Assembly (NCBI GenBank): GCA_015063305.1
Contig: SVUJ01000005.1
Location: 34,484 to 98,483 of the forward strand
Direction: 5' to 3'
DNA length: 64,000 nt
Source of the DNA: Oscillospiraceae bacterium
GTDB lineage: Bacteria > Bacillota > Clostridia > Oscillospirales > CAG-272
The translations under genes were made by a program, and so were the position numbers. Below the pieces are notes generated by a model. That model did not search any database. It was not told the origin of the DNA and saw nothing but the letters and a program-made list of their open reading frames with translations. Below, piece after piece: positions 10,075 to 17,356 of this stretch. The stretch's first letter is position 1. The number at the start of each line of letters is the position of its first letter.

Positions 10075-11166
10075 ATGACTTTTGAACACGATGACAGCTG
10101 CGAATGCGGCGTATGTATCAAGGTCGTCGGCGTAGGCGGCGGCGGAAATAACGCGGTAAACAGAATGATCTCCAAGAATATAAAGGGTGTGGATTTTATA
10201 ACTATCAATACTGATAGACAAGCTCTTAACCGTTCCACAGCCCCCAGCCAGCTCGTTATCGGTGAAAAGATCACGAAGGGATTTGGCGCGGGAGCTAAGC
10301 CCGAGATCGGAGCTCGTGCCGCTGAGGAATCTATAGAAGAGATCAAGGCTGCCCTTGCGGGCGCTGATATGGTGTTTATCACCGCGGGAATGGGCGGCGG
10401 AACAGGAACAGGAGCTGCTCCCGTTGTTGCAAGAATAGCTCACGAGATGGATATACTCACAGTAGCTATAGTAACCAAGCCCTTCCAGTTTGAAGGTCCT
10501 AAGAGAATGGTTCAGGCTGTAGACGGTATAGCAGAGCTGAGCCAGTACGTTGACTCTCTGGTAGTAATCCCCAACGAAAGACTTAAGCAGGTATCGGATA
10601 CAAGAATAACTCTCTTCAATGCTTTCGAGGCTGTTGACGAAATACTTCGCCGCGGTGTTCAGAGCATATCCGACCTTATCAACGTTCCCGGCTTTATCAA
10701 CCTCGACTTTGCAGACGTAACGTCTGTTATGGCAAATTCGGGTCTTGCTCACATGGGTATCGGAAGCGCAACAGGTAAGGATAAGGCAGAGGTTGCCGCA
10801 AGAATGGCTATTGCCAGCCCCTTGCTCGAAACCTCTATCGAGGGCGCAACGGGCGTTGTTATAAGCATTTATGCTTCTCCCGATGTAGGACTTGAAGACG
10901 TTGACCTCGCTTCTACAATGATAGCAAACGAGTGCAATCCCGATGCTAATATCATCTGGGGTGTTGCGTTTGATCCTGAGCTTGAGGACGAGATGAGAAT
11001 AACCATCGTTGCTACAGGCTTTGACAAGAAGCCCGGTGACGAGGATGTTTCGGTAGTAACAAGAAGAGCTGACGGTGAAAAGACCGGAGCTGCAAAGAAG
11101 GTAAATAAGTCCTCTGAGGAATTCGATCTCGACGATTTCTTCGGTGATGTATTTGGAAACAACTGA
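10075..11166 (+). CDS. ftsZ: Cell division GTPase FtsZ
   Basis: [13 protein letters not shown] and the tubulin signature [11 protein letters not shown]. Acidic linker and a conserved C-terminal peptide (DLDDFF). GGGAGG at 10061-10066 lies 8 nt upstream of ATG 10075. Confidence 0.93.
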   Translation: MTFEHDDSCECGVCIKVVGVGGGGNNAVNRMISKNIKGVDFITINTDRQALNRSTAPSQLVIGEKITKGFGAGAKPEIGARAAEESIEEIKAALAGADMVFITAGMGGGTGTGAAPVVARIAHEMDILTVAIVTKPFQFEGPKRMVQAVDGIAELSQYVDSLVVIPNERLKQVSDTRITLFNAFEAVDEILRRGVQSISDLINVPGFINLDFADVTSVMANSGLAHMGIGSATGKDKAEVAARMAIASPLLETSIEGATGVVISIYASPDVGLEDVDLASTMIANECNPDANIIWGVAFDPELEDEMRITIVATGFDKKPGDEDVSVVTRRADGEKTGAAKKVNKSSEEFDLDDFFGDVFGNN

Positions 11167-11184
11167 TAATAACCGATAAAAATT

Positions 11185-11216
11185 CCGCAGACCGAGAACA
11201 CGGTCTGCGGATTTTG
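11185..11216 (+). terminator. Intrinsic terminator after ftsZ
   Basis: 10-bp stem ccgcagaccg/cggtctgcgg, 6-nt loop, followed by attttgatt. Confidence 0.7.
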
Positions 11217-11227
11217 ATTATGAAAGG

Positions 11228-11971
11228 GTGATATATACGGCACAAATAATAGATTATCTGACGGGGTTGGCACTGTGGGGAAGTATAGTGAACTGCTTTA
11301 CGGTCATAGTTGGAGCTGTTGTCGGACTGTTTGTAAAAAGGATAATAGGAGCAGGGGCTGAGGGACGACTCTCAGGGCGCATTTCCGATGCGCTTATGAA
11401 GGGCGTTGCCCTGTGTGTTCTGCTCATAGGTATAACGGGAGCGATAAAAACGCAAAACGTTATTATAGTTATCGTTTCTATGGTGATAGGCGCGGTGATA
11501 GGCGAGCTTTGCAACCTTGAGGGGCTTGTTGAGCGGCTTGGAAAAAAGATAGAGGACAAAACACGCGGACGCTTTGGAAGCGTGGCACAAGGTTTTGTCA
11601 CGGCGAGCCTGCTGTTTTGTGTTGGCTCAATGGCGATAGTCGGAGCGCTTAACGGCGGACTTATGAGAGATCACGAAATGCTTTATACTAAATCTCTTCT
11701 TGATATGATATCGTCGTTTGTCCTTGCTTCAAGCTTAGGAATAGGGGTTATTTTCTCCGCGGCATTCGTTCTTGTGTACCAAGGGTCGATAACCCTTCTT
11801 GCAGCTTGGGTAGCGCCCTTGCTTTCCGAGGTTACTATAGTAGAGATGTCGGCGGTGGGATCGCTTCTCATCGTGGCGCTTGCGTTGAATATGCTGGGGA
11901 TAACCAAGATAAAGGTGATGAATTACGTTCCCGCGATATTTATACCGATAATAATTTTTCTGTTTATATAA
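11228..11971 (+). CDS. DUF554-family integral membrane protein (start codon uncertain)
   Basis: About six hydrophobic segments. Gly/Ile/Val-rich sequence resembling the YdfK/YqgA-type DUF554 family. The true start may be downstream of 11228. Confidence 0.55.
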   Translation: MIYTAQIIDYLTGLALWGSIVNCFTVIVGAVVGLFVKRIIGAGAEGRLSGRISDALMKGVALCVLLIGITGAIKTQNVIIVIVSMVIGAVIGELCNLEGLVERLGKKIEDKTRGRFGSVAQGFVTASLLFCVGSMAIVGALNGGLMRDHEMLYTKSLLDMISSFVLASSLGIGVIFSAAFVLVYQGSITLLAAWVAPLLSEVTIVEMSAVGSLLIVALALNMLGITKIKVMNYVPAIFIPIIIFLFI

Positions 11972-11973
11972 CC

Positions 11974-12012
11974 AAAAAACCGCAGAAGGCAAGATGCCTT
12001 CTGCGGTTTTTT
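11974..12012. terminator. Bidirectional intrinsic terminator
   Basis: Stem aaaaaaccgcagaaggc / gccttctgcggtttttt. An A-run precedes it and a T-run follows it, between convergent genes. Confidence 0.75.
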
Positions 12013-12026
12013 GGTGATGATTTGAT

Positions 12027-12506
12027 TTATTTTAATATCATATTAAGTCTGTCATTTTCTATGTTAAGCACTTTAACGCCTTTGCTCTGAGCGTATTTCA
12101 TAGCCTTGTATGCCCCGCCCGACTCGTTTTGAACATAGGTGATAACAAGGTCGCTGTTATCTATCATCCACTCGTTTCTCTTGGCGATAGCCGCCTTGAA
12201 GTGATGTTTGCCCTCTACGGGAACTATAACGTCATCATAAAATTTCTGGTAATATTCGATATCCTTAACAACGTAAGGAAGTGTAAGTATAATGGGGCAT
12301 ATTTCTTTGCCAACACGGTGTTGAACGCGTTTTATTGCCGATGCGACAACAATATCGAAGTCGCCGTTTCGTCCGACGTAGAACTCCACGAATTGGCGGT
12401 TTCTTACGAGTGTGAGGGTGATATCTTCAACTTTATCCTCTAAATCTCTTATTGAATACAAGGTTCTGTGACCGAAAAAAGAAACTCTGTAAGGGAACAT
12501 ATCCAT
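12027..12506 (-). CDS. SLOG-fold DUF1273 protein (YpsA/YoqJ-like)
   Basis: FFGHR motif near the N-terminus, then GRNGDFD and SGGAYKAMKYA, as in the DUF1273 family. The likely start is ATG 12506 or 12500, next to GGAG. The ORF-track start at 12602 is probably too far upstream. Confidence 0.6.
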   Translation of the reverse strand: MDMFPYRVSFFGHRTLYSIRDLEDKVEDITLTLVRNRQFVEFYVGRNGDFDIVVASAIKRVQHRVGKEICPIILTLPYVVKDIEYYQKFYDDVIVPVEGKHHFKAAIAKRNEWMIDNSDLVITYVQNESGGAYKAMKYAQSKGVKVLNIENDRLNMILK

Positions 12507-12803
12507 CTCCAAAAATAAAAAAGTGCGCCAACCGAAGCCGACGCACAAAAAACGCAAACCCCGATTGCTGCTACACAAATTTATGCAAAATGGTTGTATC
12601 ACACCTACATAAAAGGAATTTGCATTTTTATCAAATTCAATATGTAGATGTGCGAAAAAAGGGTATAGTTACCCTGTAAATAAGACACAACGATTTTGCG
12701 GAATATTAAATTTGTGTAGCAAATTTATTATACCACACAAAAATGTATTTGTAAACAAGAAAATAAAAATATGGGGAGAAAACTTCAATCATAAGGCAAA
12801 CTA

Positions 12804-13147
12804 AAAAAGCCTTCTCCCACTGGAGAAGGCTTTTTATAAGGCTCCCTCCGGGAGGGAGCTCCCGCGATAGCGGGTGAGGGAGAGCGCGGTAGAATAAAAT
12901 TAATCTGAATTTAAAATCACGCATTCTCCTTCCGTCACTCCTTCGTCGTGCCACCTTCCTCCCGGAGGAAGGCTTATATAGGCATAATTTCGCTGTTATG
13001 GTGTGATTGGTTTGTGATGCTTGTGAAACGGACCGTCGAGGACGCCGCTCCCCTACAATTTTAAATATCCGTTGTGGGGAATTTCACCGTAACAGATTGT
13101 ACATTAATTATTAGTTAATCTGTATGGACAGGCGTCCTCGACTGTCC
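12804..13147. repeat. Mosaic of hairpin-forming intergenic repeat modules (copy set A)
   Basis: Tandem hairpins are present: gccttctcc-cact-ggagaaggc, gctccctcc/ggagggagc, cccgc-gata-gcggg and ccttcctcc/ggaggaagg. An inverted-repeat-flanked core lies at 13031..13147. The same modules recur at 47759..48340. Confidence 0.85.
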
Positions 13148-13192
13148 ATACAAATTTGAAATTCAATGATACATATTTTTGTGAGCGAACTG

Positions 13193-13966
13193 TTAGATCT
13201 GCTTCTTCATGTGCTCAAGCGCACCCTTTTCAAGACGTGAGACCTGAGCTTGGGATATGCCTATCTCCTCGGCTATCTCCATCTGCGTTTTGTTCTGATA
13301 GTAGCGCATATTTATTATCGTTCTCTCGCGCTCGGTCAGCTTTTTCATAGCCTCTCGCAAAACTATATTTTCAAGCCATATCTCGTCCGAGCTGCTCATA
13401 TCGCTGAGCTGATCCATAACGTATATCGAATCCTCGTTCTCGCTGTAAACAGGCTCGTAAAGCGAGATGGGCTCAATTATAGCTTCCATCGCGCGCAGGA
13501 CAGAGGCTCTCGGTTCTCCGATCCTCGCGGCTATCTCGTCAACCGTGGGCTCACACTCCTTTTCGTGTATCAGCTCCTCGCGCGCCTGAAGCGAGCGATA
13601 GGCAAGATCTCTGACCGAGCGGCTGATGCGGATAGCGTTATTGTCGCGCAGATATCTGCGGATCTCTCCTATTATCATCGGAACGGCGTAGGTCGAGAAT
13701 TTTACGTCAAGCTCAAGATTGAAGTTATCAACTGCCTTCACAAGTCCGATACAGCCCACCTGAAACAGATCGTCAAGGTTTTCCTTTCTTCCCGTAAAGC
13801 GCTGTATGATGCTTAGTACAAGCCTGAGATTCCCGTATATAAGATCCTGACGCGCCGCCATATCTCCTTTTTGAGCTTTTTCGAGCAAGGTCCTTTTTTC
13901 TTCATCGGTCAAGGTTTTAAGATCAGAGGTGTTTACACCGCATATCTCCACTTTGTTATAGTACAT
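13193..13966 (-). CDS. sigG: Sporulation sigma factor SigG (forespore, late)
   Basis: The N-terminus NKVEICGVNTSDLKTLTDEE matches the B. subtilis SigG N-terminus as I recall it, as do GNLRLVLSIIQRF, DDLFQVGCIGL, FSTYAVPMIIGEIRRYLRDNN and EIGISQAQVSRLEK. It has no pro-sequence, so it is not SigE. Confidence 0.85.
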   Translation of the reverse strand: MYYNKVEICGVNTSDLKTLTDEEKRTLLEKAQKGDMAARQDLIYGNLRLVLSIIQRFTGRKENLDDLFQVGCIGLVKAVDNFNLELDVKFSTYAVPMIIGEIRRYLRDNNAIRISRSVRDLAYRSLQAREELIHEKECEPTVDEIAARIGEPRASVLRAMEAIIEPISLYEPVYSENEDSIYVMDQLSDMSSSDEIWLENIVLREAMKKLTERERTIINMRYYQNKTQMEIAEEIGISQAQVSRLEKGALEHMKKQI

Positions 13967-13972
13967 AAAATA

Positions 13973-14004
13973 AATACTCCCGATATTTTTATATCGGGAG
14001 TATT
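13973..14004 (-). terminator. 14-bp perfect hairpin. It is the terminator of the upstream ABC operon, and its 3' arm contains the sigG RBS
   Basis: Arms aatactcccgatat / atatcgggagtatt with a tttt loop. On the minus strand the 3' arm carries GGGAG, followed by tatttatttt and then the sigG ATG. Confidence 0.7.
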
Positions 14005-14022
14005 GGCTTTTTTAACATAGTG

Positions 14023-14631
14023 CTATTCACAAAACGGTATGTTACTTTTTACCAGCTCTAATCTCGTTTGGGGTTCGGAGATGAGCTTCAGGATATAATG
14101 CGCGTATTTTGTATCGGCTTCGTCGTGAGTTACCATAATGACCGTTTTACCTCGAAGTGCGGAGAATACCGCCTCGCTGACCTTCTCGCGTCTATCGGGG
14201 TCAAGTCCTTTAAAGGGTTCATCGAGAAATACCGTTTCGGCATCATACGCAAGAGCGCGCGCAAGCGACACGCGCTGCTTCATTCCGCCCGAAAGCTCGG
14301 ACGGATATTTTTCAAAAACCTCCTCAAGTCCCATCAAGGTAAGCAATTCTTTTGCTGTTTTCTCGTCACTTACCGTGCTCACGTTCTCAAGCGCCGTCAT
14401 CCACTCAAATAGCCTTGGCTCTTGAAAAACGAAGGATATCTTATTTGCGGTATTGCTAAGAGTACCCGCGCTCGGACGGATAAGCCCTGACATCATATTC
14501 AGCAAAGAGGTCTTTCCAATACCCGATTCACCCGTGATAGCATATATTTTGCCTTCCTCAAATTCATAGGATAGGGAATCTATGACCGTATTTTTTCCGA
14601 ATTTCAAGGAGATATTTTCAAGTCTAAGCAT
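14023..14631 (-). CDS. ABC transporter ATP-binding protein (nitrate/sulfonate/taurine SsuB-like class)
   Basis: Walker A GESGIGKTS, signature LSGGMKQRV, Walker B VFLDEP. Short single-domain ATPase. A 2-nt gap separates it from the permease. Confidence 0.8.
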   Translation of the reverse strand: MLRLENISLKFGKNTVIDSLSYEFEEGKIYAITGESGIGKTSLLNMMSGLIRPSAGTLSNTANKISFVFQEPRLFEWMTALENVSTVSDEKTAKELLTLMGLEEVFEKYPSELSGGMKQRVSLARALAYDAETVFLDEPFKGLDPDRREKVSEAVFSALRGKTVIMVTHDEADTKYAHYILKLISEPQTRLELVKSNIPFCE

Positions 14632-14633
14632 TA

Positions 14634-15404
14634 TTATATACTCCTTTCTATCCGTAATTTTCTGGCAAGGTGACTGAGTGAGGCAATAAGGAGCTTTTCT
14701 ATTATCACGCTCATTATGATAACCACCAGCGTCCAGGCAAAGAGCTCTGTGGTTTCAAGATAGGTCTTTGAGAGATATATCTGCGTACCTATCGCCTTTT
14801 GAGGGGTACAAAGTACTTCGGCAGCTATCCCTGCTTTCCACGCCATTCCGAGAGAGGCTCTGCACGCGGCAAGAAAATAGGGCATTACCGAGGGAATATA
14901 TACCTTAGCAAGTCGCTTTCCAAACGGAAAACGGTATACCTTTGCTACCTCAAGAAGCCCTCTATCGACAGAGCGTATTCCTTGGGAAATATTTGCCCAA
15001 ACGATAGGGAGAACGATAAGCACGGTTATAAAAATCGGTAGGGTATTTCTGTCTATCCACAAAAGCGCGAGGATTATAAATGAAGCAACGGGAGTTGCCT
15101 TTATGACCGTCATAAGCGGAGAGAGGAGCGAGTCGGCGCTCCAAATATTTGCCGTGAGCACGCCAAGAATAACACCTATCTCAACCGCCGCTATAATTCC
15201 TATGAGTATTCGAAGAATAGAGAGCGCCGTTATCTGCCAGAAATCCGCGTCCATAGCAAGTGTGCCTATAGCCTTCAAGGTGGCGCTCGGCGAGGGGAGC
15301 AGCAGTTCAATATTTATCTTGTGGGCAAGAAGTGCCCAGATAAGTATCCAGAAGAGGATAGAAAATAACAGAGAAGCAAATTTTATGAGCTTGTTCTTCT
15401 TCAT
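14634..15404 (-). CDS. ABC transporter permease (BPD-type, SsuC-like)
   Basis: Six TM segments. The region around AKVYRFPFGKRLAKVYIP resembles an EAA loop. Operon position. Confidence 0.75.
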   Translation of the reverse strand: MKKNKLIKFASLLFSILFWILIWALLAHKINIELLLPSPSATLKAIGTLAMDADFWQITALSILRILIGIIAAVEIGVILGVLTANIWSADSLLSPLMTVIKATPVASFIILALLWIDRNTLPIFITVLIVLPIVWANISQGIRSVDRGLLEVAKVYRFPFGKRLAKVYIPSVMPYFLAACRASLGMAWKAGIAAEVLCTPQKAIGTQIYLSKTYLETTELFAWTLVVIIMSVIIEKLLIASLSHLARKLRIERSI

Positions 15405-15465
15405 AATACTTCCTTTCTAAAAAGCTTGGGAAGGTACTGAGGTATCCTTCCCGAAGCTATTTTGT

Positions 15466-16503
15466 TTATCTGCTGTAATAGAAGCCGTCGTCGGGTATTG
15501 CGGCGATCGATTTGTTGTTGGATTCATAGAGCTTCGCGTAGAAGACCGATATAGCATTCTTCATATCCTTGCCCTCGATAAAGCAGATATTGCAGTTGGG
15601 AAGTGCCTTCTTGGCAACTCCCGCCGCGGGAAGGATACCTGCGTCAACTATCATATTTATCGCGTCGTCGGAAGCTGCGGCGATATACTCAACAGACGCC
15701 TTGTAGTCGTCAAGGAACTTGGCAACCTCAAGCGGGTGATCCTTAGCAAACTGAGTATTTACAACAAGACAGCCCTGAGCCATCGTGTTCTCACCGTATA
15801 TCTTCTCCCACTCTGCGGTGAAGTCCATAGCTACCTGTACGTTCTGATTGTTGTTTCTAACAACCGTTACCTTAGGCTCGGGGAGTACCGCAAGAGATAC
15901 CTGACCTGCGCTTACCGCTGTAGCAAGAGCGTCGGGCGAGGGATAGGTGGTGGTGTCAAGGGTTATGTCACTCTCACTAAGTCCGTTAGCCTTGATGAGC
16001 GCCGCGGTGATAAATTCGGGGTTAGAGCCCGCGCCGGGGAGATATATAGTCTTGCCCTTGAGAGAGTTGAAGTCGGAAATTTCCTCTCCGTTGTTGAGCA
16101 GATAAAGCACACCAAGGGTGTTTATCGCAAGGAGCTGGACCTTACCCGCACTCTTTTTGTAGAGGTTGGCTGCGGCGTTGGTGGGGAGAGCTGCTATAGC
16201 ACATTCACCCGAAACTATAGCGCCCGTGATGGCATCAGCGGCGGCAAAGGTTTCGATCTTGTAGTTCATTCCCGCTTTTCCCGCCTTAGTGTCACTGATG
16301 AGCTTTGATGCTCCAAGAGCGGTAGTGCCGTTGAGAAGATATATCTTCATCTCAAGCGATGAGTCGGGCTTGGATTCGGTGGTTGCCGCCGTGGTAGAGT
16401 CGGTGGTGTCGGGATCTTCGTTGTTATTGCAGGATACCAGCGGTACAACGACCATACAGAGCGCTAAAATAAGCGCAAAAGCTTTCAAAATAATGTTTTT
16501 CAT
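15466..16503 (-). CDS. ABC substrate-binding lipoprotein (NMT1/THI5-like or SsuA-like)
   Basis: Signal peptide with lipobox LVSC. Thr/Ser-rich linker. Periplasmic-binding fold pattern. Upstream of the permease and ATPase. Confidence 0.65.
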   Translation of the reverse strand: MKNIILKAFALILALCMVVVPLVSCNNNEDPDTTDSTTAATTESKPDSSLEMKIYLLNGTTALGASKLISDTKAGKAGMNYKIETFAAADAITGAIVSGECAIAALPTNAAANLYKKSAGKVQLLAINTLGVLYLLNNGEEISDFNSLKGKTIYLPGAGSNPEFITAALIKANGLSESDITLDTTTYPSPDALATAVSAGQVSLAVLPEPKVTVVRNNNQNVQVAMDFTAEWEKIYGENTMAQGCLVVNTQFAKDHPLEVAKFLDDYKASVEYIAAASDDAINMIVDAGILPAAGVAKKALPNCNICFIEGKDMKNAISVFYAKLYESNNKSIAAIPDDGFYYSR

Positions 16504-16543
16504 TTGAATTTATTCCTTTCAGTTTTTTGTATAAATATTAGCT

Positions 16544-17257
16544 TTAGCTAAAATATTTTTCAAGCATTCCTTCCTTATTTTTAAGAAGGATAGTTTTTTC
16601 TTTCTTCTGGATAAATCCCTCAGCCTCGAGCTTGTCAAACGCTCGGTAAAGCGATGCTCTGCCTATATCAAGCATATCGGCAAGGGCGACCATCGAAACG
16701 TCGGCACAATACACTCCGTCGCTCTCGTTATCGGCGAGGAAGAGCGAAAGACGGCGCTCAGCACTTCCCGCGGTGAATGAGTGTATCTTTTTATTGAGAT
16801 ACAATATCCTGTTTCCAAGATAGCTTACAAGCGCCTTCATAGCCGATATATCGTTTTCTATAAGAGAACAAAAGGCTAACCGTGAAATAAACAGAACCGA
16901 GCATTCGTTTTTTGCGGATATCAGGGAGGGGAAGGACTCTTGCTCGGAATATATGCCCGATATTCCAAAGACCGCGCCGCGGGATACCGTTCTTATCAGC
17001 ACGTTCTTTGTTCCGTCAGCCGAGCTTATCGTAGCTGTTCCGTCAAGTATAATGCCTATGCGGTGGTCTGTGTTCTTGGGCGAGCATATCTCCTCACCCG
17101 CCGAATATTTCCGAAGGCAACAGGAGTTATCATTTATATATACCGAGATACTTTGTGCATTTGCATCTTTAAATATGACGGTATTTTTCAATACGGGATA
17201 TTTATCTAAAATATTCACAGCAGATATCCTCCGTCGAAATTGTCTCAAATGAGACAA
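16544..17257 (-). CDS. Crp/Fnr family transcriptional regulator
   Basis: N-terminal cNMP-binding-like beta-roll (GAVFG). C-terminal HTH segment LADMLDIGRASLYRAFDKLEAEG. Confidence 0.75.
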   Translation of the reverse strand: MSHLRQFRRRISAVNILDKYPVLKNTVIFKDANAQSISVYINDNSCCLRKYSAGEEICSPKNTDHRIGIILDGTATISSADGTKNVLIRTVSRGAVFGISGIYSEQESFPSLISAKNECSVLFISRLAFCSLIENDISAMKALVSYLGNRILYLNKKIHSFTAGSAERRLSLFLADNESDGVYCADVSMVALADMLDIGRASLYRAFDKLEAEGFIQKKEKTILLKNKEGMLEKYFS

Positions 17258-17317
17258 TTTATTATAACAAGTAATTTTTGTTTTGTCAATAGAAAAATAA
17301 ATTTTTATATAAAAATA

Positions 17318-17343
17318 GCCCTTGTGTCTTGCGACACAAGGGC
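17318..17343 (-). terminator. Intrinsic terminator of the 603-aa gene
   Basis: 11-bp stem gcccttgtgtc/gacacaagggc with loop ttgc. T-rich tract follows on the minus strand. Confidence 0.7.
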
Positions 17344-17356
17344 ATTGTGTTTTTAT

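Noticed and set aside
12706-12954. 82-aa ORF (MARRRSDGRRMRDF...PPGGS...) in the intergenic region downstream of sigG.
   Set aside because: It runs straight through the palindromic repeat modules (ccttctcc/ggagaagg, gctccctcc/ggagggagc). The peptide is a translation of hairpin repeats and has no RBS.
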